Shown here: piece after piece, positions 38,901 to 52,300 of the stretch
Layout of the letters: each line of letters starts with the position of its first letter
How positions within the stretch are numbered: the stretch's first letter is position 1
Source of the DNA: Yuukianura sp. NJ FZ-2021
Taxonomy: Eukaryota
Reading direction: 5' to 3'
NCBI GenBank assembly: GCA_046563655.1
Contig: CM102286.1
Location: 12,028,001-12,092,000, forward strand
DNA length: 64,000 nucleotides
The notes under the pieces: model-generated
The model's database searches: none
Told to the model about the DNA's origin: nothing
What the model saw: only the letters and a program-made list of their open reading frames with translations
Made by a program: the position numbers and the translations under genes

Positions 38901-41900
38901 TCCGGCGCGGGTTTTGTTTTGTTAAAGATTAATAAGAACTTTATTTTCTTAAAACAAAATTTCAGGTTCGGTTTTGAATAAAGATTAATAACAATTTAAT
39001 TTTTTTTTTACAAGAAACTTTCAGGGTTCCAAAAATTTTAGTTTAAATGCAGGGTTTACTTTATTTTGAAATCGGAGTACAAATTTTTTCTTGGAAATTT
39101 TTGACAAGACTTTTAGATTGCTCATGCTCAAAAAGATTATTAATATTGTGTACGTTCTAATTAATGTTTAAATGTAACCCTGATTGGCATGAGTTTCACG
39201 AGTTTGTATGAGCATATGTACAGAAAACATGTACATGTTTTTACATTCATATAATTTTAGTTTTTTTAATTTTTCAGGAAATGTAGAAAGTCGAAATTTA
39301 ACTAGAAAAAAAACCATGCGTGCTGGAAGCTCATCTACTTTTTGCCGTTTCGGGCTTTATTTTTGTTCATTAATTGTATGCCATGTGATTCCAGTGTTAT
39401 CATTGGAGTGACTCCAGGGAATGTCAGCCAAAAGTGGTGTAATAAAAACGAATCTTGGAAACTCGCTCCAGCATCACCCAAATTGTCCAGAAACAAAGAG
39501 CAAAAACGAATGTGATTCCTAACGTTAGCGGTCGTGTGCCCAGTAGGCTCATTTTGTTTCCACAAAATTACATAGCATTGTGGAGCCAAAGTGGACAATT
39601 TTACAAAAAGAGTAAACTGATGCTTATCAGGAAGGAAATTTGCTAGAGAGATTTTTTTTTCTAGCGATATAAAACCGGGTAAATTGATGACTGTGTTTCC
39701 TGCGCAAAAGTATTTGCGCATAAACCGACATTTAGTGACTATGCATTGCGCAGAAGCATACCCTGACTACTTGGAATTAAAGAGTTGCAGCCTTTACATG
39801 GTCTTTATAGTGCCCACGGTGACAATTTGGTGGATGAAGTAAAATTTTTGAAAATAACCTCAGGGAGTTAGAACAGAACAGTCCTAGAGCTAGGAATAGG
39901 GAAAACACTTAAGGAAATTACATGCAGTTTTTGGTGTGTTCTATTCTTCATTTAAAATGTATTTCCTGAATTCAAAAATTTGAAGTTACACTATTTACTA
40001 ATGTGTTTTCGTGTTAAGTTTTAATTATTTTAATGATCCTACGTTAGACTTTTGCACAAAACTCAGAATTTTACTGATTTTAGCACTTAGTGAAATTGGG
40101 TGCTGAAATCCGCAAAAGATTTTCTAATAGCCGAAATCTCTAAAAGTTTCAGAGACTAAACTGTCCAATAAATCAATTAAATAGAACTTTATGTTTAGCC
40201 CATAAAATTTTTTTTCCCAGTTTCAGTTTACTCGATTTTTCGATATTTTGTCCAAAATATAAAATTTCAAAAAAGAATAGTCCAAGTGAATAGCCATTTT
40301 TTGGAAAACGAGATTAGAGATTGACTTGCTTTTTCATTGTTAATTATTTAAAACGATAGATTGACAGCTCGAGATTGGAATTGAGACATGCACGATGCGT
40401 GGGTGGGTGGTTTTGGATAGTTTTAGCCTTCATTACGTCTCAACATCATCTTCCTCATAAAAATGTAAGACTTTAACGTCGTAAATTCTGCCCTAACCTA
40501 TATCAGTCAAACTTACCTAACTTTTGTGCAACGCGAAGTCATTATTTTTAGGTTTCAAAAGAAACATAAAGTGAAAGTTCATATGAAAACAGGGAAGAAG
40601 GGCTTTTTATTCTTTTTCATTTCGTTCTTAAGCTTTTCCGATTTTATATAAACTAATAACGTCATCTTCTTCTGTAACTGCAAAAAGACGTCCTGTAGTG
40701 CTCAAACCGTTGCGATCTCAATTTACTTTTTGACATTTCGGTTAATAAAAGTCATTGGCAGGTTTCCTAAATGCTTACTGTCAAAATTTTACCACAAAAC
40801 CTGATACTAAACTGGGCTAAACTTGCATAAACTTGTACAACTTAAACTGCGGGTGGGAAAATGCATTTGGGTAATTAAAATTTTTAGTCAAGTCTTTAAC
40901 AAACTCAATTAAATTCAGTTTTCACTCAAAAAGTTTTTTCGGACTTGAACTTTTTGAAATATGGCAAGTGTTTTGGAAATAAATCTGAGTCGTTCTATTT
41001 TTCAAAAACTTGTCATCTTTTTTTCTCTAAAATTGTACTGGGTCTAATTTTTTTTTGTCAATTCCCAGCAAGCTTCAAGAAGACACACAAGAGTTTCAAA
41101 TTAGGAAACTCACTGTCGCCTAAACTCAAACTCAAGGACTTTTTTTGACTTTCGCAAAAAAAAAAAGTTTTCAGCGCCTTTCAATTTCAAAAACAAAGTC
41201 TAAAGTGAAAAGGTCTCTAGATTGGAAAGGCTCAACAGTTTAAATTTTCGGCACTTTCACTTCAAAAGAAGCAAAGAATTTGGATATAGCGGGAAACTTT
41301 TCAAATTGAAGTTAGCATAACATTTCAAGTTACTCTTTCTTTTCAATAGGCTAAATGAAACTTTGTTTGCTTCATAATCAAACGTGGAGCCACAATGGGA
41401 ATCGAATTCTGTAGCGCTTAATTCAAACTCAGGAGCAGTCAGTAGATTATTACGCAGATAAGTGTTAAAAGTGGATGTTATGAAAAAAAAATGACTGTAA
41501 AAATTCTAGCAACACCTTCACTATAGCTGTTTTTTTTTAAATTTCAAAGTGAAAAACATCAAAAACGCGAGTCAAGAGCACAAGCTTAAGTATGCCAAAA
41601 CCACCATGTTTGCTCATCTCAGATGCAGTATTAACTTTGAGGCAGGTTAGGTCATGAAAGTAGGACGTCATGTAAAAATACAGTAGATATAAGTAATTAA
41701 AATATTTTAGGAACTTTACCTCCAGGAAAAGAACTCCACGTAGTCTTCTATAGACTTTAATTATCAAATGTATCTTATTTTTTCAACCTGCCTTAGGCAG
41801 GTTACCGTGATATTTTCGCAATAAAAAGTGTTTCGATTTAAAAAAAAGCATGTAAAAGCTCAAATTTTAAAACGTTTCAAACAAAATTTACTTGAATTTC

Positions 41901-44900
41901 AAAATTTCCTATTCCAAGAAATTTTGCAACCATTCAAACCCTTCAATTTAATTTTCTCTCGGCAAACATTTTGTTACCTGTGCTAACGTTTTTTAAACTT
42001 TTGTGTAATATTAAAGTAGGTGTCCTAATTTTAAAAAATAAATTCTGACTTTTATAAAAGACAAGGATCATAAAAATTCAACAAACGCCCCTGCCAGTCT
42101 CACTTCTGCTTAGAATATAAAGGTGCAAAAAACTTTTTGAATGAAAAAAGCCGTGAATTTGAAATTTACTGTATGAAAATTAGTAAGGCGTCGAATATTG
42201 TAATCCACGGGAAAAGTAGGCGGAAAATTAAAGTTTATCGATTGCACGATGGGTCGAACACTTACCACTTGCTTTCTTCACCGCTTGCTACTAGAAGTTC
42301 TTGTAACGCTGAAAAGCTAGGCAGCTTGACTCCGAAGCTTCAAAAACCTTTTCGTTAGACACAAAAAGTCGTCCAGCGTTTCTCGAAACCACAGTTTGTC
42401 TAGCTTTAATCGACTAAAAGTGTCACACTCTGAAATGTTTTTTTCGCATTCGATTATTTCGAAACTGTCAATTTTCTTATTTTTTTCTCCAATCGAACAC
42501 CTTGAAGCTCCTGAATTGTTTTTCTGGTTTTGGGGTCAAGGGAAGCAATCCGATTGCCCATTAATTAACATTTCTTAATGAAATCGATACTTAATAGTTG
42601 AAAACACAGGAAAAATGTCAATAAAAGTCAAGTTCCGTACTATTTGGGCACAAAATTATAGGGTGAAAGTACTTTTTCCTTAAGTTGCACTACAATAACG
42701 TTTGGCTAATGGACCAATTTGTTCTGTCGTAGCTACAAAGCACCAAAAATTTATACGAGCACTGAGAACTTTGTAATGGGTTCGGTTAAGAATAAACCTA
42801 ACTTGGGTATAACTTAAAAGAGAAGACGTCTTGATGGACTCTGCACTTTCTTCCGAGTGGGCCCTTCAGCTAATTTGATACAAGAAAAAACTTTTCCTTT
42901 TGGTGCAAACTTTCTACGGTTTTTTCACTTTCTCTGGTGAAGAAGAATTCTGGTGGAGTGTCGAGATCTTTCTTGGTGGAAAGAAGCACACTGTTTCCAG
43001 GGATAAGTTGAAAGTTGTACGTATGTGTTTTAAGGTAAGGTTTTTGAACTGACTGCTGCTGCTTTTGCTGAAGACTTGCGACCTAGACGAAGAAGCCTGA
43101 GCGAATGAGCTCACTTGCGTTCAATTCGAACCTAGAAAATGGAAGGGAAAGTGAGGCTGACGGAGCTAGCTGGGTGGTGGACAAAGTGAAAGCTACTAGC
43201 GGCCTGGGTAAAGCCTATTTTCTGACGCAAGGAAAACCTGTCTGTCAAGATTCTTCTGCTTCTAACATGCTTTGCTCCTGGGGTCGGCCGTGGATTTGAG
43301 GACGACGGGGCTCAACTTTTTTTTCGTTTCTGGATCCTAACATCTACTTTCATCTTCATTTGATCTGTACTTTACTTGGGGGTACTCAATTATTAATCAA
43401 GAAAATTTAAGATAAACTTTCTGAGGATTAGCGCTGCTTCGGTGCGGAAGCGGATCAATTCCTTCCTAACTTTTTCAAAAACAACTTACGGAAAATTTTT
43501 TTGTAAGATAAAAGTAAAAAAAAACATTTCAGAAAATCCATTAAACAATTGAATCAAAATAAAATCTTCCAGCAAAAAGTTAAGTTTGAAATTTCATCCC
43601 TAAGATGCATTTCCAAAAATTTAGTCTAATAAAAACAACACAAAAGAGCAGATATCGCAACATGTTTAAATTTTTTTTGTAAATTTTCTGGAACTATCGA
43701 AACACAAACTTTTTTTTTGGAACTTTTCGAAAAATCAAAATGGGGATAACAAATTCATTAAAAATAGTAGACAAGTTGAAAATCTTGTGTAAATTTGAGG
43801 ATTGCACGCTCGTTTGACGTCTATGTACTACTTGATTTGTGGTTATGAAACTGAAATAGACAAAAAGCAATTCAAACTTGACGAAAAAAACACCAAATGA
43901 CTCCAGGGGAAGAGTTTTAGGTATAAGTGGCCTCAGCCCTTCTAGACACGAAACACGACAACAATTTCGTACTCCACAAGCACGCATTGTCCTTACAAAT
44001 GACATGACCATGTTAACTTCCAATTTAAGTCTCAAAAATACCATTTTCGGGAAAATGGAGCAGAGAAGACTTTCTTTTTTTCAGGAAAATTGCAATTCCT
44101 CCTACATTTTGATGTTCAAATTAAGAAAACAAGTAGAGCATTAGCGGACTAAATGTTTGCTTTGGTTGTTGTGTTATGTCTATTTCATAGTTTCATCAAG
44201 GCTTCTAATGTCCTTGTGTGCTCTTAATATTAATAGAATTTTCTAAAACGTTAGCTTTGGAACGGAACAAGAAGGGAAATGTCTGACGGAAAGCGTGCCG
44301 AATTGTTTCAAAAGTTTTCTTTTGATTTGAAATTTGTTTGAAGTCAAAAAGACATTACATCATCCACTTTCTCCACTGTATAAGTCTCTTTGATCAAAAG
44401 CTAAATTTGGAAATGAATTTCATGACTTTTGTCTTTCTCTTTGCGACTGTATTCAACTTTTTGAATGTGTCACATTTTGGAAAACCTGTTTCGTTATTAT
44501 CGTTCAAATTATGTAAAGTTAAGATTAGATTTGTTAAATTTTAGTGTAATCTCTGCCTTTTTGCCTTGACCTTGTCCTTCACTTTTAGTAAATCAAAAAC
44601 GCGGAGAAAGTTGCTACTCCTTTCTCTGCATGATTTCTTTTTAAATTGTGTCATAACCAAAAAAAAATCAAATTCAATCACAAAATCCAATTAAAACTTG
44701 TTTCTAAAAAATGTAATTTGAACTTACAAGGTCTCCTGCTGTTTCGAAAATTCTGTTTCATTACAGCTGCTGTGTGCTTTGCAACTAAAGGCGTTTCGTT
44801 TATAGATGAAAAAAAAATTGCGCAAATTATTTATGGCATTGAGAATTTTCCAAAACTCCCAGGCCCTCCTATTTGCAAGGTGTAGAATTACAGCGCCGGA

Positions 44901-45260
44901 AATAGCCGGTTAGTGTTACTTTTTCATTAGTAAAAATTATACTTCAAAGTTCATATCACGCAGCGCAATTTGTAACTTAATTAATAACTGTTGCATTGTA
45001 AATTACAATTACAATTAATGGAATTACAATTCGCAGTTTCATTCTTTGAGACTATGGAGGTGATTCCCCTATTGACTTTGTCGTCCATTCATTCCCTTAA
45101 TTACAACATGCTAATGAATTAGTCAACTTTCACTTCAATTGTATAGTAATTAGCACTAGGTCAAAATTCAAAACGTTCAATTATTACTGTACTACCCACG
45201 CACCTAATGAAGTAATTTTGAATTAGTAAAGCTTGTGTTAGTCAGACATCATAACTGGGT

Positions 45261-45424
45261 GAAGTAAGGCAGACGTGGCGTGGGCGAAACGTCGATGTCC
45301 ATACTGCCTTATACACTACAATGCGTTGCCAAAAGCTAACTTTACATAACCTGTAATATCTTAACACTGTGGCAACACTGCTCGCTTTTACATTGAAGAG
45401 TACACGCCACATCTGCCTTACTCC
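45261..45424. mobile_element. Small MITE-like inverted repeat
   Basis: GAAGTAAGGCAGACGTGGCGTG (45261-45282) versus CACGCCACATCTGCCTTACTCC (45403-45424), 20/22 complementary. Confidence 0.65.
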
Positions 45425-48400
45425 TGCAAAGGAAAACTTTTTGTCAATTGATTAGACTTTGACAAAAAGTTTCCATTACTTCTAGAAATCACGGGGCGAA
45501 TTAACTGAGCAACATTCCGTAAACATCAGAGAAAGCGCCGATTAAGGCACGCGTGTTTCGGCGTGAAAAACGAAAATTTTCGCGTATTTGACGTTTATTG
45601 GCACTCGTAACAAGGTTGGACCTTCAGCAGAACATTTTGACATAAAAAAACAATCAAAATGGCGCCAAATGTCATGTCAATTGTTTTTTTAATTGCATGA
45701 TTGACATTGACTCTCTAGTTTTGCCATTTCAAAATTTCAATTTTGACAGCTTTTTAAAAAAAAAAGTCTACATATGCTTCCTTATAAGAATAAAATTTTG
45801 ACCACAAAGTGGTATTATTTCGTTTCCGCAACTTGACATTTTGAACGAGGAATTTCTAGGAAAAGATGGTTTCGAAAATAGGAAGCCAACAAAATGCAGA
45901 AGATTGCCCCTTGCGCAACCAACGAAACCATCAAACGGGATTTCGTTTAGACGAAATTGGTTTCAGTTTCCGTGCTGCTGACGTCATGCAGCAAAAATGA
46001 AAATTTTGTATTTGTGAACTTAACAAATACTTGTCATGCTTTCTATCACTTGAGTACAAAGCAGCTAGCGCAACAGCGAGCGGCAACGAGCAATCGCTTT
46101 CACAAAAAGTAAATAGAAAGCTCGTTGTTGCATATCCAAATAAGAATAAGATTCCATTAACTTAGGGCTCCCACATTTATCATTCTCCAGCCTCCCCCCA
46201 TCCTTCTTTTTAGAATGCACGGGCGCTTTTTTCAAAATTTATTTTTATGAGGCTCCCCTTCTTCATTTTTCTTTGAAAATTAACAAATTCAAAAAATTCT
46301 GAAACTTCTGAGTCATTTTGAACAAGTTGTAAACCATTTTTTCACAAGTTTAGACAGTTATGCCGAACTCATTTGCTGAATGAAATGAAACGGAAATATT
46401 GAAAGGCTGTTTAGAAGTAAAATTTGAAAAAAAAAATCACACAAATTTTGGTTTTTTGGTGCAACCGATGTAGTAGAAGCTAAACAAACATCATTTCTTG
46501 TTAAAAATCTTTTAAAGATGGAGCCCATTTCTTTGAAAATTTTTGCAAAATAATGAAATTTCTTTGTAAAACCTATAAATGTTTTGAAAACGGAACAGAA
46601 ACAAAATTTGAATCACACAATTTTCACTGTAAAAAATGAAATCCAGTGACTGTCGTGAACACTTGAACTATTTACACTTGAACATGTCGTTTTTCAAGGA
46701 AAATTTTCTTTTTCAATTCTACAGGATTTTTTTCAGTAACATATTACATTATTCCGCTAGAATAGTTTTCTATTTACTTCTTGCTACATCAGAGGAGGCT
46801 CCATAGCTTGCTTTCCCTTCAGCCAAGTCATCCTGTATTTTATAAGAAAATTGTAAGAAGGTGAAGGTACAGAGAAGATGATATATTTATTTACCAAATG
46901 ATTTCCCTTCATCTCAAATCCTTTTGATGCAATTCCCTTCTGTATGATTACTGTTTGCGCTTCACTGTGTTAGTTACAAGTACCACAAAAGTTGTTCCAA
47001 GAAATTGCAAACCCCTTTGATACAGTAAACATCACAGTAGTTTATTGCTTTCTCTACTAAATTGATTCCAAGTACGGAAGCTATTAGGCTCCCCGTAGAT
47101 GATCCACTTAAGTAAGAAAAGATTTCATTTCTTCTCAAAATTGTAATAAATTTATGACAAAAACAGGAAATGAAGCATATTTCCAAAAGCAGAAACAAAA
47201 TTACGTTAGAAAACAAATCAAAACTTGACATTCAAAGACGAAGTCCATCCTTTACAGCAAAGTGCAAATTATGAAATTATATGAAATTATCAAATTTTGA
47301 AATTTTCATTTCATTCACTCTCGCAAATTTTGAGAGCTCCGGACATGTTGTCAAAATTTCCAAATTGTTCCAATAACCAGTATCTCCAAAAATGTTTTTT
47401 TCACACCAAATTTTTGTCGACATTTGCAAATCTGCTCTGTTTTCATTTTCACTAGAATTGCAACAAGATTAGAGAAACACGTTGGAATCACGAAATTTCA
47501 TTTTTGATTCAAAACAAGAGCGTAGCGTAACATGAAGTTGACAACCTGTCAAAATCACATTCACTGTGAACACGCAGTGATGGAAATACAAAAGAGAAAG
47601 TCAAAATTTGGTTCATCATCCTTTCTATCTCTCTCCACCTAAAATTTCAAAGTTGAATAGATTTTCTTATCATTCGAATGTCCAAATTGACTATGTTATT
47701 TTCCCAACAAGAAACTAATTACAAGTTTGTGTATCCACAGACCTTGTCTTTCCATGCAGTGCAGTAGAAAGTCCATGAATTCACTAAAAGGCAGAAACGT
47801 TACTCATCTTCCGTGAAAGTATACACAAAAGGCCTTTTAGACTTTTAGTAAAACTCTATTGATGAACTTTTGAAAGGGAGTCAAATCCATCTTGGTTTTG
47901 AGTAAAGAAATGGTTTGGCAGTTATACGCATCTTGTAATTTCAAAGTTATTTTGAGATCTCTCTTACAATCCTAATAGAATGGAAGAAAGCATTTGGACT
48001 GGCAGGAAAGTTCAAATTGGATTAACTGAGTTAAAGCAAGAGAAAACCAGAAGTAAGAGAAAAGTTAAAGTGAAGGTTTTAGGTTAGGTTGCGGGAAAAT
48101 CAGCCAAGGCGAAAGTTAGACTAGAGGCCTAGCCTAGCAACGCATTCAATTTATGCGCTTCATCCCGGAGTTAATAAAAGTGAAAATAGAATTTTCCAAA
48201 AACGGAGCCGAAAATGGTGGAAATGAGAAAAGTGAAAGTGACGCTTACAAGGTTAGGCTACGCCTCCTTACGTGTTTTTGCACAACGTGAAACTTAAAGC
48301 TACGCATAACCTAACCTCTACAGCAGGAAATTGTATGAAAACAATTAATCATTCTCGTGGCCTGTCCGAGCATGCAAACGTACTAACTGTCAAGCTGCGC

Positions 48401-49352
48401 CTTGAACCAGCTCTAACCTAAAACCGGATGCTCAACCACACGACACTTTTATTGCATTTTATTTTCAAAGGGCTTTGGACGTGGGTTATTACTTGGGTGA
48501 AATCCTTCTGATGCTGATGTTGGAGATCCCATAAGTGGTGTGGTTGAGTGTCCATTTCAAAGTGATCTGGAAACCGTAACTGGACCTGCTGGAGCCATCC
48601 GAGAAGCGTGGATTATGCAAACGAACTCACTTATGGGCACCGCAGTGGTCAGATGCATACGGTTGGTGTTCCAGAATGTAACGTTAGCCACTCCACATTT
48701 CCATTTCCACCGCTGGTTTTTGAATACTGAAAAAAGAAAGAAAAGTAATTAGAATTCCAACGAGTGAAGATAGAGTTCTGACTGGAATGGAGAACAGAGG
48801 GCATGTTAGAATTTTTCAAACAAAAAAGTTTTTGTTCAAAACACTACACTCCTCTGTTCAAAATGTTCAAACGAAAAGTGATAGCTCACCCATACCAATA
48901 GTATTGTTTTTCAGTTGCTCCTCCTGTGAATGAGAACTGGAATTTGATTTTTCCGTGGAAATGATCTCTCCCAGGCAGTAACTCTCCAACTTTCTACCAA
49001 ATCTGTACCGAAACTTGGAAAATTAGAAAAACACGAGAAAAGAAAGTTATAAAATGCAGTTAAAATTCAACACACATCGCACATGGCTCTGAAGATATTG
49101 CAAAAACATTTTCGGCCAATGTAAAAACAACAGTGGATGTTCCATTTCTGATTTTGATACGTTTTAGAGCTGTTTTATTTCATAACAAGTACTGAAAAGA
49201 AGAAACGAGTAGAAAAAATATTAAAATTAAAAAAAAATAAACATACCGAATCCGAATTTTAAAGGCACGATGATGACGTTTAAAGAGATACAAGATTAGT
49301 TTAATGTCCTTGTAGCTTCTCTTATGTCGCGGCGACATTGTCGCCTAACTTA

Positions 49353-52300
49353 TTATTCCGGTGAAATGATGAAGCATTCCTTATCGACGAGTTTGTTTTC
49401 TTGAGCACAAGTTTCAATCCAGCGTGCTTGAACGATTTCAGCATTTGGGTTTTGTGACATCAACTAAAAAAAGCATTCATAAATAATTTTGAAAAAAGTC
49501 ACACGAGCGTATGAAAATACCTTCAAAATCCTTCATCATCAGCGTCAAAAGTAAATGAAATTAAGTTAGTGAAGCACCGAAGCATGAAATAAAAAAAAAT
49601 ACCTGAGAGAATTCTTGGATCCAAGTCGTTTCCCACGTCACAATGTAGTTTACGTCTGAACCAGAGGAACATGTCACAAGTCTGGAACACAAAAGTTAGA
49701 TACAAAACAATGAAATTAAACCAATTAACAGAAAGTTCCAAGTTCTCTGGAATGTTATTCAGTATCTTTAAGCTGATGAAAGCGCCTCTTCCTAAAAAGT
49801 GAGCAACTAGTGAACAATACCGTTGATCTAAAACTTTTCGACTTGTACAAGTTACGGGTCAAAGGTCGACAAAAGTTATTGCAATAAAAGTTGCATTTCT
49901 CTCCTACTGGCGCATTAAGTTTTAACTAAAATCAGTCATTAAACATTTGCTTAGGAAGACTTAAAAAGAAAGGAAAGCGTTAATGCAGACTTTCCAAAAG
50001 TTTTAGAGAATTATTTTTAGTCCTTATAGTCATTTCGTACGAGTTTAGAAAAGTTTGAAAATTTTTAAACAAAAGAAAATGTACCATTAGCTTACGAGTA
50101 ATTGCAATTATAACTTTCTCAGAAAATAGCATAAAAATATGACTCAGCCAGCAATTTTTACTTGCAAAAATGCAGTGCATATTTTTCTTTCTTTTCATAA
50201 ATTTAAAAAATTAAAAACTTCCATATAATAATAATAAAGAAATCTACCAGTCTATTTCCAAAAAAAAAAACGAAATCACTAATGGGAGAATCAGAAGTCG
50301 TAAGAAACGTAAAAGTTTTGGAAGAAGAGCAAACACAAAGGCAAGAGTAAAAGAGGAAACAAGGAAAAGTAAAAGTAGAATTCTCTCTCAGTAAACTTTT
50401 ACTTACAAACAAGCTTGGGGGAGATGAGGAATCCAAGGCAATTTACTACCGAACAAGGAAACAGAACTCACCCTTTGTGTGTCTGAATTATTTGCTCAAT
50501 CTCCTTCCGTTGATCTTCGGATTCAGCGTTTGGACGTTGGAGAAGAAACAAGTTGGAATTGAAGAAATCATTACATTTGTTGTGGCGATGATTGGATTCA
50601 ATACTCGTACGTTCCGAGAAATCATTAGTATGGCTCCCAGGCTCATCAACTTCTGTATCAACATCGTAGGCTGAGTCGTCGTCTTCTGAACTCGACGAAA
50701 TACGTGCAATTCGTCGCCTCTTTGTACCACCACCGGCCTTTCTGTAATAACAAAAGATCAAAACATAAGAATAACATCTCATTAAGGTTTCAAAAGGAAA
50801 AAAAACAAGTAAGTTAAGGGGTTGGCGGGAGAATAATGCAAAAGGTCAAACAAATAAAGGAAAGTTCAAGGAACTATCACAGTTTGTGCAAGCTTGTGTT
50901 TGACCAGTTGTGGTCAAGCACAAGCCCATCCCAAGCGTACAATCTATTGCAAATTCATCGCAAACGAAAAGCGGAAGTTTAGGAATGATAGCAGAAATTT
51001 TAACATTTTGAAGGAAACTGTGAATATTTTGAAATCCTTTACCGTTTCCCGCTCGTTGAAGCATCGGACATGAGTATGTCATCTTCGTCACCTTCTTTAT
51101 CTTCTTCACTGTCTCTTAGACGGACAGATCTGCCTGAAATACATTATTTGAACTGTAATCTCTTGAGAAACAAATCGAATGTGTTCTAGAAACAAGACAG
51201 CTTGTGACATTTGAACTCACCGCATCTGTGCCCATTCTTCTTGTCTATAACGATTCCACTCTCTTGACTGTCCAGAATATCCACTGCAAGAGTGTAACCC
51301 TCATCTGAACCTTCTTCTGTCTCTGAATTTGTACTTTCTTCTTGTTCTTCTTCCTCTACTGCTGGAATTTCGTCTTCGCTCTCTCTTCCTTTATCCGATT
51401 TATCCAGGCAATATCTAAAATTGACAACAATATATTATAATTAAGGGATACTAAAAGAAAGCTCAAGTTGGAAAGATCCCAAAAAACGAGTAGTTCCAGA
51501 AACACTATATTTTTTCATCAGAAATCACCCAGACGGAAAAGAAATAGACAAAAACTGAGAAGAGCCGAAATCGTTTTGTCGTTGAAGTTACTATTCTGAA
51601 ACGTCTGACAGGATTGGGATGCATTAGGTTTAACCAAATTCTAGGCGTCAAATAAAGAAAGGAAGCACAATCCTGAATAGCAAAATGGAAGCATAGAGTG
51701 AAGGCAGCACGTGGAACAAAGAAAGCAGACAGAGAAATGTTTTTGGCTTACCTTCTCCAGGGGAATCGACGTTTCAGTCTATAAGAATCTTCAATCCAAT
51801 TCTTTGTAACAATCTTTCCATGTCTGGTTCCTTTCACTTGACGAAATTTTGGTGTATTCACAAACGCACATCTATGCAAAAAGAACAAGAATGAATGAAA
51901 ATTTGCATCAGAATACACTAGCATCTAGAAAACTTTGTAACATCTAAAGAAACTGCAACGAATGTTGAAGCAATTTGACGCTTCTGTGTCTATCTCTGTT
52001 TAGTATTCGGAGAAATCCTTAGGGATTATGACTCTGTGATTCTGCTGTTTGTCAAACTTACTAACTTAATGTTTTTCGCTGTACGAAGCCTTTTTGAAAA
52101 CGCATGGTTTTTACATTTCGTTGAGAATTATCTTACAAAACCGACAATGACTTGCAATTAATCGATTTGAGTCTGAAAAGCATAAATCATCCTGATTAAT
52201 TCTATTCTTAAATCCGACAAACATGAAAAGTTGAAAAGTAACGTCCCATTTCCGTTCAAAGTTGGAACAGAAGGGAATTTCAAGATCTTACAACCAGTCA

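Noticed and set aside
41636..41805. AGGCAGGTT/AACCTGCCT inverted repeat
   Set aside because: Arms too short and no TSD to support a MITE call.
45979..45986. CRE palindrome TGACGTCA (another at 1837-1844)
   Set aside because: One or two 8-mer hits in 64 kb are compatible with chance and no linked start site is known.
49741..49792. Possible extra XRCC1 exon
   Set aside because: Exon 50741-50472 joins 49681 in phase and completes BRCT2; this segment gives a stop in the required phase.
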